DNA of 64,000 nucleotides from Candidatus Latescibacterota bacterium. GTDB taxonomy: Bacteria; Latescibacterota; CBDEFO01. Within the stretch, counting starts at the first letter, position 1; the number at the start of each line of letters is the position of its first letter. Both the position numbers and the translations under genes were made by a program. Below are positions 47,504 to 57,522 of this stretch, piece after piece. The notes below the pieces were generated by a model. That model did not search any database. It saw only the letters and a list, made by a program, of their open reading frames with translations, and was not told the DNA's origin. The stretch lies in assembly GCA_965248755.1 (NCBI GenBank), contig OZ252149.1, positions 4,096,001-4,160,000 of the forward strand, given 5' to 3'.

Positions 47504-48388
47504 TCACATACCGATTGCCCCTTCCCTCATATAAAAATCCAGAGTCACCGCTATTGATACGTTGCCGTGGATCTCAGAGGGTGTAAGCGCGGCGTAGGAT
47601 AGTCTCATCTCTTTAGGCTGTGTTTGCCTCAGGTAGTCGAAAAACTCGCTTGCCTGATCGTAGCTCCCACTAGCCCACAGTCTCTGTTCGAGTTTAGGAA
47701 CGTAACTCTGTGGGGATATTCTTTTCTCTTCGCCAGTGAAGTTCAGACCTATCTCTGCGCCCTTTTTCTGAATCGCCTTGTCCAGGGATACGAAACCGGC
47801 CACTGTCAAAGAGCGATCTTCCGAATATCTTTCCGGTTCGGGTATCAAAGATGCGGACCCCCAGATCGAGAAGTTCAAAGCACCCCTTTGCGTCCCCTTT
47901 GGCATCGACATCTGTGCACTGTGCTTAGGGAGTCCTTTTTTCAAGGACGCCAGGAGTTCTTTTGCATTCTTAGGTGCCGGGGAAGATCCCTGGATAAAGT
48001 AATCTCCTGTGTAATTAACAGTTACCGAATTAATCTGAACGAGCGGGAACACCATCGCCCCCTTGACCTGCACAAGAACCTCCAGACATACGTCTTTCCC
48101 TCCGAAAAGTTCTTGGATGGCGAGTATCTTCTCCTTTTCTGCAGGCGGTACTCCCTCTTTGGAAGTCTCTGGGATTGCCGCTGTCAGTTGTTCTGTTGCT
48201 GATTTCTTCTCAAATATCCCTTTGGCGGTCGCGGCTATCATGCGTATCTCACCCTTAAGCTTTGACCTGAAAAAATAACCTCCGCTGCCTACTGCCGCTA
48301 CTACCACAACTGCTGTGATTAAGAGGATCCAGCTTTTGCCTCCGCCCGTCTTTGGAGGCTTCTTTTGAAGAAGGTTTATCCTAATCAT
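47504..48388 (-). CDS. PilN-like protein with a PilO-like C-terminal domain
   Basis: MIRINLL PilM-binding motif, single TM, later ASGSYDQASEFFDYL; ATGA overlap with pilM. Confidence 0.65.
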   Translation of the reverse strand: MIRINLLQKKPPKTGGGKSWILLITAVVVVAAVGSGGYFFRSKLKGEIRMIAATAKGIFEKKSATEQLTAAIPETSKEGVPPAEKEKILAIQELFGGKDVCLEVLVQVKGAMVFPLVQINSVTVNYTGDYFIQGSSPAPKNAKELLASLKKGLPKHSAQMSMPKGTQRGALNFSIWGSASLIPEPERYSEDRSLTVAGFVSLDKAIQKKGAEIGLNFTGEEKRISPQSYVPKLEQRLWASGSYDQASEFFDYLRQTQPKEMRLSYAALTPSEIHGNVSIAVTLDFYMREGAIGM

Positions 48389-49332
48389 TTTTCCTGGAGC
48401 CCCCTGTACGCTAATCCAGCGCAAATACAAAAGACCTCGCCTCTGTCCAAGAGGTATTGATCATTCTCGGGGAGGGACGACACGTCTAATCCCCCGAATG
48501 GGTCTAAGATCTGTGGTGTGACTCCCAAATGCGCTTCCACAGCTTGAATTAATCTGTCTTCCTTGCCTTTATCTCCTCCTAATGCTACTTCGTCAATATG
48601 CGGCCTCTGCGGCTGCCCCTCTTCATCGTAGATATAGGAGGACGTAACGGCTCTTTTGATCCTCCTCGCTAGAAAGTTTTCCGGTTCTGTCTGACCTTCG
48701 CCGTTTTTCCCCTTCATATCTATTATCCCTGCTGATACAGGATTGCCGTTCTTAAACGCCGCAAAGCTTGCCACTTTCGATTCAACGGAGATCACAACTC
48801 CTAACTTATCCTCGTTAAAGAGGGTTATCACTTCTGCCAGGTTGAATAGGGCAAACGGATCTATATCCACCGCTTTTAGCTTGACGCCGGCCTTGGAACA
48901 TAAGTCCATATACGTATCTATCACTTCTGTTCTGGCTCCGACAAGGAAACCATCTGCACCTGCGTCGTAGAAGTCTATTATATAATCTTCTACGCCCGAA
49001 GTCAACGACTGCTCCATCTCCCATCTCACCTGCTCCTCCAGATGTTTGCCTTTCCCTTCAAGCGGAGCCTTCTTCAACGTTATGAAGCTCCCATCTATTG
49101 AAACCACACACCTGGATGTATCTATGTGATGCGTCTCGGACATCGAAGCTATAGCTTCTGCTATCTGTGTCTTTATTCTATCGTCCAGCATATCCGGTGG
49201 CTTAAAGTCCGATGGCAATTGAGAATATCCCAGCCCCATCAAGACTGTTGCCTCCTTTTGCTTCTGTATCTCCATCATTCTGAGCGTCCCGCCGCAGATA
49301 TGAATTCCGGTTGCTCCTTTAGCCTTAGCCAC
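48385..49332 (-). CDS. pilM: PilM-like actin-fold pilus assembly protein
   Basis: EQVRWEMEQ..DYIIDF, AGVKLKAVDIDPFAL.N, AGLAYRG. Confidence 0.8.
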   Translation of the reverse strand: MAKAKGATGIHICGGTLRMMEIQKQKEATVLMGLGYSQLPSDFKPPDMLDDRIKTQIAEAIASMSETHHIDTSRCVVSIDGSFITLKKAPLEGKGKHLEEQVRWEMEQSLTSGVEDYIIDFYDAGADGFLVGARTEVIDTYMDLCSKAGVKLKAVDIDPFALFNLAEVITLFNEDKLGVVISVESKVASFAAFKNGNPVSAGIIDMKGKNGEGQTEPENFLARRIKRAVTSSYIYDEEGQPQRPHIDEVALGGDKGKEDRLIQAVEAHLGVTPQILDPFGGLDVSSLPENDQYLLDRGEVFCICAGLAYRGLQEK

Positions 49333-49374
49333 AGTTTTGTCTCCTTAACTTTGGCTTGTAATGCCATGGTCTAC

Positions 49375-49570
49375 GAGATTCCTTCGTCCACTTCGTGGCA
49401 AGCCCTCGATTGAATCTTTCGGGGGCAAGCTGCCTCCCCAGCAAAGCGGCCACGCCGCCTCGCAATGACATTGTCTGGCTGCGATCTTAGTCATTGCTAA
49501 GGGTGAAACACGGAAGGAATCCCCTATCTATTGGGCGTGGTAACCTCGCCCCTGCCTACTATCTGCTGAC
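49375..49570. repeat. Composite C element with a family A palindrome at 49404
   Basis: GAGATTCCTTCG..GCAAGC[A]GCAAGC..CCTCGCAATGACA..GTCATTGC. Confidence 0.8.
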
Positions 49571-49571
49571 T

Positions 49572-52500
49572 TTAGTCGAATCTTATCTCCGCCCAGAATC
49601 CTAGCTCTCTGATCTTCCGAGTCCTTTTACTGATATTATTAAACGTGTTTCCGACTTCTATCTTGGATCCCCCAGTCAGCTTTCGACTGAACTTGTAACT
49701 GGAATTGAACACAAGCGTCCAGCTGTTCTGATCCCTCCTTGGAACAGACCCCCTACGAATAGACCCCTCCGATAAAGGCAATTTGTTTTCCTCCTTAGTC
49801 CGACTCTTTGTGAACTTGAGCGTCATATCCACATCGCTTTTTAATTTTACCTTTTTCCCAAAGAAGGGTATTCCCCTGGAGGTACTGATCGAATAGTCCA
49901 AAGAAAAGTCCAGCGAATTTTTGGTAGTCTCTGTGCTACCCCTTTCCCTCCCGCCGGTAAAGTCCGTCCTAAAAGACCGGCTATTTGTGCTTTTGAGCGT
50001 CGTTCTAAGCTTATTTTTCCACCTTGTAGTCCACGCAAAGAGAGGAGAAAAGTCAGAAGTTGCTGTCTTCCCTCTCAGTTTAGCTATATCCAGACCTCCG
50101 TCTCCGTTCCATGAATTAACCCTTTTATACTTAAAATCCAAATTGGAGCTTGTGGCAACACGCTTTAAAAGGGGCATCTTTGCTAAACCGTTCCACCTGC
50201 TGCTTAAAGAGGGAAAGGTCACCTTCTTGGTGTGTCTCGGCTCTCTGTTGGCTATGTCCGATACGCTCCTGTCGTATCCGTAGTCTGTCTTTACGCTTAT
50301 TCCTGAGAAGAGTTTAATTCCGCTGTTGGCGTTTATTCTGTCCGAAATCGTCTTGGAGTCACTCTGAGATACTCCGGAAAGATTTGCGCCCTCTACTTTC
50401 GGATCCTCTGTGAATCCCAACTGATAGGACAAGCTGGGGCGTTCTTCGAGACCGAACTTTCTAAAGCTTCTCTTTTTAGTGTAACTGCCGCTTACGGGAC
50501 TCAATCTTCCTCCTAAAGCGGCTATAAGATCCAAAAGAGATGTCCCATTTCCCTCAGAAGCTCTTTCGATGCTTGCTGGGGATACCTTTCCTTTTTTATC
50601 TTCTTCTTTTGAGAGGGTGCCTTTTCCTTTATCTTTGGATTTCTTTTTGATATTGCCTATCGCTTTAAAAAAGGAAGGAAGCTGGAGTGTGAACTTTCCG
50701 GAGATGGAATTTTCGTTGTTTATGTCCCTTCCGGACTGCCCTGCACGCCTTGTCTTAGGATCGTTATTTTCCTTGTATCTGGCGTTGTAGCCGTAGTTCT
50801 GGCCGAGCCACTTTATCCAGTTCAGCTTCAGGTCAACGCGCACGTTTTGAGATCTTCCTATCTCATCTCCGAACTTGAATTTCCCTATATCCAGATTCCC
50901 CTCAAGGTCCTTTTTACGGTTTAGGGAATAATCGGACGACAGGCTCTTAAATGGATCGAACTTGGCTCTGTAATCTTCTACCATGATGAAGTTATCGTCC
51001 TTTGTCTCTCTTCTGTTTCTACGGTTTTGATCAACAGTTGACCTGAACCGCTTGTTTTTATTTGTCTTATTTGAGTAGGAGAATGACGATGGAAAGTAGC
51101 GAAACTTGCTTTCCGAGAAGAAATCGGGCAGAAACGCCGATGTCCATCCCAAAAGTTTTATTGCACTGTCGCTCCTTGGGGATAGATCGTACTTAAACGA
51201 CCCGGAAAGGGATTCATTTAAAGTAGAGTCTCTGGGCGATATTCCGTCCTCGATTGTGCTGTTGAACGTAGCCGATGCGCGATCTATTGTGTACTTGATG
51301 AACGGATTTTTGGACTCCTTTTTGCGGAAGGATATATTGATGTTCTTGCGTGTCCTTTCCGTCCGTTCATCCATCTTTTCCTCGATTCTTAATATTACAT
51401 CAGATCCGGGCTTCAATCTCGGAAGCGAAAGACTGTTGTTCCACGATACTCGAAGTGGCAGCGATACTCCCCAGTTGTTCGGAAAGAACCTGTCCAGGTT
51501 CGCGTCGCCTCTGAGATTGATATTCCTCCGAGTGCTACCTGATCCCCGTTCGCTTCGCAGCGTCCTGAAGTTGTCCTCCTGCCAGCTAAGACTTGTGCTT
51601 ATGTCCATAAAATCTGCAAATCCTGCGTTTATCTGAAGCCGCGCTGCTGTTCCCTTTTCGCGTCTGACATCATCCAGACGCAGTTCATCAACCCATACCT
51701 CGCCTGTTATATCCTCTGTCCCTCTGTTGATCAGGCCTACAGTCAAAAGCTTTATGTTCGAGAGTGCGGGATTTCCCCTGACTCTGTGCATCTTCCCGTC
51801 CACCGTGGTATCTATGTATGTTGGTACATGCTGGCTATCTGCGCGAGCAGCTGCCTGCGCATCCAGGAGGTCTCCTTTCAGTCCGGACATAAGCTTAAGG
51901 TCTATGTCTACCTCGTTCCTTGTGTCCCATACGTCACCGGAGAATACCTTCGTCCTGTATTCGTAATAGTTTGTCGTATCGGCTCCAAACCTGATGAAAA
52001 GTTCAACAGTGCTCGTATCGGGTCGGAAACTATGCCCCTGTCCGTTGACGAACATCTTCAGTCTACCGTACTCAGTATAACTTTCCTTTCTGAAGAGGAC
52101 CTTGTTTGCTGATACCTCTTGGCCTGGCTCGATATTTTCAAACTTCAACACCAGGGATTGTTCCCTTTCTCGGACGCCGCTTGTCCTATCGACCTGCCTT
52201 GATTCCTTCTCAACCGGAGAGATGTAGTCCTTGTTTTGATCTGTACTCTTGATAGAGACGTCGAGCTTTTGATCGCCAAGCAGCTCCTGGCTCTCTAACC
52301 ATTCGTTTCCGGCTATCTCTATGGATGCAATAGAGATCTCTGTTCTACTGTCAACCCCTGTTACCCAAAGACGTACGTATTCTATACGCGTCGAATCGGG
52401 CGCGGCGTTTTGGGACCTTATTTGGGGCGAATCCCACAGCGGGACCCTGAAGAGTCTCCAGCCGTTGCTATATGTGTCTTCAACCAAAAATGGAATAGGA

Positions 52501-55500
52501 TCTGCTGTATTATCGGTGTAAAGCGGGATAGAATATTGATAGTACGCGTTCCTTTCATCCAAAAAGCTGTTGTTGTTTATATCTTCTGTATCGGGAATTA
52601 TCCCCCTGTCCGAATCGTTCTTGCTGTCTTCTGTTCCGTTGATCTGTTCGTAGTTGTCTCTGCTGTCCGTATCCGAATCGTAGTGCCAGTTATCCCCATT
52701 GGGATCGGGATTAAGGACGGGATCGTATCCTGGCTCAGCTTCATCGGCAAGCCCGTCTATTCCAACATCTTCACCCACGTCGAGGACGTTATTCCTGATC
52801 CCGGATACATTCCTGTCCTCAGTGTCCAGCATCCCTCGGTGCTCTTCTTCAAAGCCTTCATTTACACCCAGAAAGAAAATATCCTCAGATATATCTCCCA
52901 AATCTATGTTCAGTATCCCTTCATCTCCCTTTACCCACACCTCTATGAACTTAGACCGGGAAAAGTCATTGCCTCCTGAGGGGAGAGCCCGCATAACCCC
53001 TCCCCAGCGTTCGTCAATCGGTATTGTACCTGATACCTCCTCTTGATAGGTAGCTTTTCCCTCAGGATCGAAATCCAACACCAGGATATCTGTTTTGTTC
53101 TCCCTGCTTGAGACTTCCTTGTTGGGCCATATCTCCCTGGTGTCCACTCTATCGAAGGGATTATACCATATCAATCTTCCCTGAGTGGATTCGAAGCTCT
53201 TTGTCTCCTTTGATTCATCCACCGGTGGGCTGGCCTGGGTCCACACAGATCTGAATATCCCAAAGCTCGTCTTCCTACTGCTCCCCTCAAAGTCATCTAT
53301 GAACGCCTGACCCAGTGTGTTCGGGTTCGGAAGGCTTTGAGCAAATTCAGCGGATATGTGAAGCTTCGAAGACTGCGACGATTTTACAAGTGGAATGGCG
53401 TTCACAAAGCTTGTCATAAATTGGGGCTCGAACTGGAGCCTCAAATCTGTGTCCCAGATTATTGTTCTTGCAGGCTCTTGACCAACTCGCACTCTCTTGT
53501 CGATCGATCTTTCGTTATTGTAGAGGAAGGTGCTCCCAAGGGACGACTTGCCCATAAATTTGTACTCAGCTCTGGTCCCTATGAGTGTCTTTTGTTGAGC
53601 CGCAAACGCAAAGAGCGGGCTGTCTTCGAAATTGACCACTACCTCTGCTGTGGGGGAGAGCGCTTCGTCTGTTAAGAACGTAATATCCCCTGAAAAATAG
53701 TCTATATTGTAATCGGTTCTCCTTTGAAGTCTCCTTCCGTTGAGGATGACTTCCTCAGAGCCCTCAAGGATGCCAAAGGAGCTGATGCTGACCCTGCTGG
53801 ACTGTCTGTCCTGGACCTCCACCTCTATAAAGTACCTGCTGGCGTTTTGTCTGACTATCCGGTCTTGGCTTTCGTATATTTGGGGGATCGTCTCTTCAAG
53901 CGGCGGTATGTCAAGACCGTTATCCCTTGCCCAATCGGGGTTTAAGGGAGCAAAAGGCTGAAGGTCAGGTAATACCAATTCTCCTCTTTCAAGGTCTAGC
54001 GGGACGAAACGGAAGTTGCCTATCTGTATCTCCCCGAGATCTACAAGATTGTCAGATTGGGGGTTGTTATCTCTATCCTTATGGTCTAATCCTAAAATCT
54101 TTATGTAGGGGACGCCGTTTTGCGAATCGTCGGGATCGTCCCCGGGGAGATCCTTGAATATCCTGAGGTCGAATCCTTCGAGATTTATCCTCCTTGCTCC
54201 GAGGTTGTAGACATTTTTCCACTCGAGGTCCCAAGTTGTCTCCTGACCCGGGAACGGTCTCTGATTCTTGGCCTTTATCAGTTTTAAATTAAGTTCTGTG
54301 CCCAGCGTCGCGAGGCTGTCCACGTCTCCAAAGGAGTCTCCCCTCTTCGTCTCGTAGGTCACAGCTGCAACGTGGTAATCTCTTACGGGTCTGTTCAGAA
54401 TTATGTATCCCAACCTGGGGTCCAGGAAGTAGTCATTAGGGTCTATCTCGTGGAACTTGCCTCTGTGGAAATTCGTAGCAGTTTTTTGGAAATTGTCCGG
54501 GTTGAACTCCTGTCCTCCATCCCAATAGTAAGCGAGTCCATCTATAGCTCTGTCTTCGGCATCGTTTTGCTGATTCTGGTCATCTACGAAGACTCTCAAG
54601 TTGAGTATAGAGAACTGGGGTTTGTATTCTCGTTCCTTGAACCTGTCTCTATATCCAATATCCAGAAAGAAGTACTTATTCCTTATGTACTGGAAATCCT
54701 TTATCCTTCTGGGTTTGTTCTGCTGTGCTCCGCCTCTGAAGGTCTTCTTCTTTCCCGAAGATTTCTCTTGACTCACAATAGTCGTTATATCGACAGAGCC
54801 TACCTTGCTTTTGACCCTGATTCCGAAGAGCCCTTTACTTTGAGCGCTGAAGCCCACAAACTGCGTTCCGGGGAGAGACAAAGTAGTGTTTCCTGCCTCT
54901 ATCTCCTGAATTATTCCGTCCTCTATCCCGTCGTATCTGAGTTTTATAGCGTTGTCCGTTCTCCCTCTGCTGTCCTGGTCCACTTGAACGTGAATTCTCT
55001 CTCCGATGATCCCCTCTACGGTGAACCTGGACTCCTGCTTCATGTTGAGAGACGGGAACTTAGATGGCCTGGATGTAGCAGTAACGATTTGCCCATCTGT
55101 CCACTCGCTCCTGCCCGAAAAGTTGATCTTCCGCCTCCCTGACACCTTGACTCGGCTCCCTTCACCTATGATACTCCTTAGAGCCTTTGGTATCTTCACT
55201 GGAATATTGATGCTCAGTCCACCGTCCTTCTTTCTGTCCTTTTTATTCTCTCTTACGGCATCCCTGTCGAACCATAATTTCCCCCTGTCCATGTCTGTGC
55301 TCAGTTGGACAAAGTCATCGACACCTAACGTAACAGGCCACCCATATCGGGACTTCCCAAACATCTTCACAAACTTCACCCTATTCAGTCCCGGATACAC
55401 TTCCAGCTCGTCCTGGATCATCTTGACGTTGCTTTCAAGAAGAGCTGGAGAATCGTTAGATAGCGATATCCTCCCTGATCTCCCGTTCCCGCCTTTGTTC

Positions 55501-55613
55501 CAGAATGTGCTGTAGTTATCCGGAATCTTAAGCCCCAGTTTTGACTGTGCTCTATTGGGCAACAACAGGAAGAGAGCGCAGACTAATATTGTGAAAACTT
55601 TCCTATTTCCCAT
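49572..55613 (-). CDS. sprA: T9SS outer-membrane translocon SprA/Sov homologue
   Basis: About 2000 aa; IKLRYDG.EDGIIQEIEAGN, GLFGI, WDLEWKNVY, IDDFEG, LIWYNP, VWVDELR; C-terminal beta strands. Confidence 0.92.
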   Translation of the reverse strand: MGNRKVFTILVCALFLLLPNRAQSKLGLKIPDNYSTFWNKGGNGRSGRISLSNDSPALLESNVKMIQDELEVYPGLNRVKFVKMFGKSRYGWPVTLGVDDFVQLSTDMDRGKLWFDRDAVRENKKDRKKDGGLSINIPVKIPKALRSIIGEGSRVKVSGRRKINFSGRSEWTDGQIVTATSRPSKFPSLNMKQESRFTVEGIIGERIHVQVDQDSRGRTDNAIKLRYDGIEDGIIQEIEAGNTTLSLPGTQFVGFSAQSKGLFGIRVKSKVGSVDITTIVSQEKSSGKKKTFRGGAQQNKPRRIKDFQYIRNKYFFLDIGYRDRFKEREYKPQFSILNLRVFVDDQNQQNDAEDRAIDGLAYYWDGGQEFNPDNFQKTATNFHRGKFHEIDPNDYFLDPRLGYIILNRPVRDYHVAAVTYETKRGDSFGDVDSLATLGTELNLKLIKAKNQRPFPGQETTWDLEWKNVYNLGARRINLEGFDLRIFKDLPGDDPDDSQNGVPYIKILGLDHKDRDNNPQSDNLVDLGEIQIGNFRFVPLDLERGELVLPDLQPFAPLNPDWARDNGLDIPPLEETIPQIYESQDRIVRQNASRYFIEVEVQDRQSSRVSISSFGILEGSEEVILNGRRLQRRTDYNIDYFSGDITFLTDEALSPTAEVVVNFEDSPLFAFAAQQKTLIGTRAEYKFMGKSSLGSTFLYNNERSIDKRVRVGQEPARTIIWDTDLRLQFEPQFMTSFVNAIPLVKSSQSSKLHISAEFAQSLPNPNTLGQAFIDDFEGSSRKTSFGIFRSVWTQASPPVDESKETKSFESTQGRLIWYNPFDRVDTREIWPNKEVSSRENKTDILVLDFDPEGKATYQEEVSGTIPIDERWGGVMRALPSGGNDFSRSKFIEVWVKGDEGILNIDLGDISEDIFFLGVNEGFEEEHRGMLDTEDRNVSGIRNNVLDVGEDVGIDGLADEAEPGYDPVLNPDPNGDNWHYDSDTDSRDNYEQINGTEDSKNDSDRGIIPDTEDINNNSFLDERNAYYQYSIPLYTDNTADPIPFLVEDTYSNGWRLFRVPLWDSPQIRSQNAAPDSTRIEYVRLWVTGVDSRTEISIASIEIAGNEWLESQELLGDQKLDVSIKSTDQNKDYISPVEKESRQVDRTSGVREREQSLVLKFENIEPGQEVSANKVLFRKESYTEYGRLKMFVNGQGHSFRPDTSTVELFIRFGADTTNYYEYRTKVFSGDVWDTRNEVDIDLKLMSGLKGDLLDAQAAARADSQHVPTYIDTTVDGKMHRVRGNPALSNIKLLTVGLINRGTEDITGEVWVDELRLDDVRREKGTAARLQINAGFADFMDISTSLSWQEDNFRTLRSERGSGSTRRNINLRGDANLDRFFPNNWGVSLPLRVSWNNSLSLPRLKPGSDVILRIEEKMDERTERTRKNINISFRKKESKNPFIKYTIDRASATFNSTIEDGISPRDSTLNESLSGSFKYDLSPRSDSAIKLLGWTSAFLPDFFSESKFRYFPSSFSYSNKTNKNKRFRSTVDQNRRNRRETKDDNFIMVEDYRAKFDPFKSLSSDYSLNRKKDLEGNLDIGKFKFGDEIGRSQNVRVDLKLNWIKWLGQNYGYNARYKENNDPKTRRAGQSGRDINNENSISGKFTLQLPSFFKAIGNIKKKSKDKGKGTLSKEEDKKGKVSPASIERASEGNGTSLLDLIAALGGRLSPVSGSYTKKRSFRKFGLEERPSLSYQLGFTEDPKVEGANLSGVSQSDSKTISDRINANSGIKLFSGISVKTDYGYDRSVSDIANREPRHTKKVTFPSLSSRWNGLAKMPLLKRVATSSNLDFKYKRVNSWNGDGGLDIAKLRGKTATSDFSPLFAWTTRWKNKLRTTLKSTNSRSFRTDFTGGRERGSTETTKNSLDFSLDYSISTSRGIPFFGKKVKLKSDVDMTLKFTKSRTKEENKLPLSEGSIRRGSVPRRDQNSWTLVFNSSYKFSRKLTGGSKIEVGNTFNNISKRTRKIRELGFWAEIRFD

Positions 55614-55654
55614 GACGGTTTGAGCTCTAACATAGTAAAAGCACAGTGCATTGG

Positions 55655-55683
55655 ATAATACCACAATAGTGCCTAAAGATCAA
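55655..55683 (-). promoter_or_regulatory. Sigma70-type promoter for sprA
   Basis: Minus strand TTGATC-N17-TATTAT with TGn extension. Confidence 0.6.
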
Positions 55684-55852
55684 GTTAAATTTTGGCCGGC
55701 CGCAGAAATGCTTTTGTTTTAAGTCTGAAATATTTTATATTGTAGGATAGAGTCCACATAGATACAGTAGACAGTAAACAGTAGACAGGGCACCGCTCCT
55801 CATCACCACCTGTTTCCACCACCTCCTTCCCCTCAATGGGGCCAATAGACCT

Positions 55853-57235
55853 ATGAGCATACTGCACCGCTATGTATTGAAAGAACATATAGCTCCTTTC
55901 TTCCTAAGTCTATCAGTCATCATCTTCATACTGATAATAAACAGGATCCTTTTCTTTGCAAATATGCTCCTAGGAAAGGGGGTAGGGTTACAGGTCATCG
56001 CTGAGTTCTTCTTCTTGAGCCTTGCATGGATGATCGCTTTGGCTATTCCAATGTCTGTTCTGGCCTCAACTTTGATGGCATTTGGAAGACTCTCCTCTGA
56101 CAACGAAATAACCGCCATAAGGGCAAGTGGGGTAAGCATCTACTACCTGATGGCTCCTGTTCTGCTGGCCGCCTCTCTGCTTTCGGTCGGTTTGGTTCTA
56201 TTCAACGACAGGATACTGCCCGATTTCAACCTCAGAGCCAAAAACCTCCTCTACGACATCCGCCGCAAGAAGCCCGCGTTGGAATTGAAGGACATGGAGG
56301 GCATCTTTATAAACGACTTTTCGGGATATAACGTCCTCTTTGAGAAGATAGATGAAGACGAGTCCAAGATGTATAATGTGACTATCTATCAGCAACAAGA
56401 GGGGAAGTACCCTGTCTCGATCCGCGCCAAATGGGGAGATCTTAAGTTCTCAGAGGAGACAGATAACTTAATTTTAAGCCTCTACGATGGGGAAATACAT
56501 CAGCTAGATCCTGAAGACAGCGACAGATACGTCCGCACCACTTTCAAAAGACATTTGATAAACATACCGGATGTTGGCCAAACCTTCAAAAGGACCAGCT
56601 CTCTCGGCCGCGGAGACAGAGAAATGAGCGTCCGGATGATGCTCGACGAAATCAAGTCGCTCCAAAATCAGAAAAAAGTACATAGAGACAATATAGATAC
56701 TATCACGGAACAGTACATAATACGCTATCTTCCTGTATGGGAGGCAAGTTCGACGCACATCGCTTCAGTGGATTCTCTTGTCGACCGTTTTTCAAACGGT
56801 TCCCATGACTTAGCACGAGACACCCGAAAGACCCTCATCCAGGTCCGCAGGGAAACTGCCAATATGGCCAGGAAGAACCGCAAAACAAACCAGTATCTTG
56901 TAGAGATCCATAAGAAGTTCTCCATCCCCACTGCCTGCATCGTATTTGTGCTTGTAGGGGTACCTTTGGGAATTATGGCAGGCAAGAGGGGTCAGGCTAT
57001 TGCTGTCATAAGCATCGGCTTTTTTGCCCTTTACTGGGCCTTCTTAAGGGGTGGTGAGATCCTGGCGGACAGAGAAGTAATACCGCCATATCTTTCCATG
57101 TGGGCTCCGAACATAGTCATCGGAGCCTGCGGGCTCTACCTCACCTTCAGGTCAGTCAAAAAACACGCCCTAGCCGAACACCGAAAGCAAGCAGACAGTA
57201 ACCCCGATCACCCCGATAGGTTCAATCGGGAGTAG
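55853..57235 (+). CDS. lptF: LPS export ABC permease (LptF/YjgP family)
   Basis: ILHRYVLKE, FGRLSSDNEITAIRASG, VEIHKKFSIP, MWAPN. Confidence 0.9.
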   Translation: MSILHRYVLKEHIAPFFLSLSVIIFILIINRILFFANMLLGKGVGLQVIAEFFFLSLAWMIALAIPMSVLASTLMAFGRLSSDNEITAIRASGVSIYYLMAPVLLAASLLSVGLVLFNDRILPDFNLRAKNLLYDIRRKKPALELKDMEGIFINDFSGYNVLFEKIDEDESKMYNVTIYQQQEGKYPVSIRAKWGDLKFSEETDNLILSLYDGEIHQLDPEDSDRYVRTTFKRHLINIPDVGQTFKRTSSLGRGDREMSVRMMLDEIKSLQNQKKVHRDNIDTITEQYIIRYLPVWEASSTHIASVDSLVDRFSNGSHDLARDTRKTLIQVRRETANMARKNRKTNQYLVEIHKKFSIPTACIVFVLVGVPLGIMAGKRGQAIAVISIGFFALYWAFLRGGEILADREVIPPYLSMWAPNIVIGACGLYLTFRSVKKHALAEHRKQADSNPDHPDRFNRE

Positions 57236-57456
57236 ACTCAATCGGGGATTGAATGGGGTGTAGACAGGGGGTACCACCACGCACCCCTTGAGATTGGTTC
57301 TGCTTCGCAACTCCTTCGGGGTCGGGGCTTTTCGCCCCTTGCAATGACATTGAGGATCCGTGCCTACAAATGTCAAGGCGATCCCCGATTGAATCTATCG
57401 GGGAAGCGAAGAAATCTCACTTAGACTGCTTCCTATGCGTGCGTGCTGTTTACTGT
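57190..57456. repeat. Composite B+C element with several family A copies, overlapping the lptF 3' end
   Basis: GCAGACAGTA[nested A]GTAGACAG..GAGATTGGTTCTGCTTCGC..CTTGCAATGAC..TGTC[A]AAGCGAAGAAATCTC..CTGTTTACTG. Confidence 0.85.
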
Positions 57457-57522
57457 TCAAACGAAAGTTGCAGTGTTTCCCACAACTATGACCAAATTGA
57501 GACTCTATTAGTTGCAAAAATT

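Noticed and set aside
57370..57522. N-terminal ORF-track extensions of lptG (likewise sirtuin, HAD, atpB, 58606 and 59868 ORFs)
   Set aside because: They read through repeats, promoters or neighbouring genes; family-typical starts lie downstream
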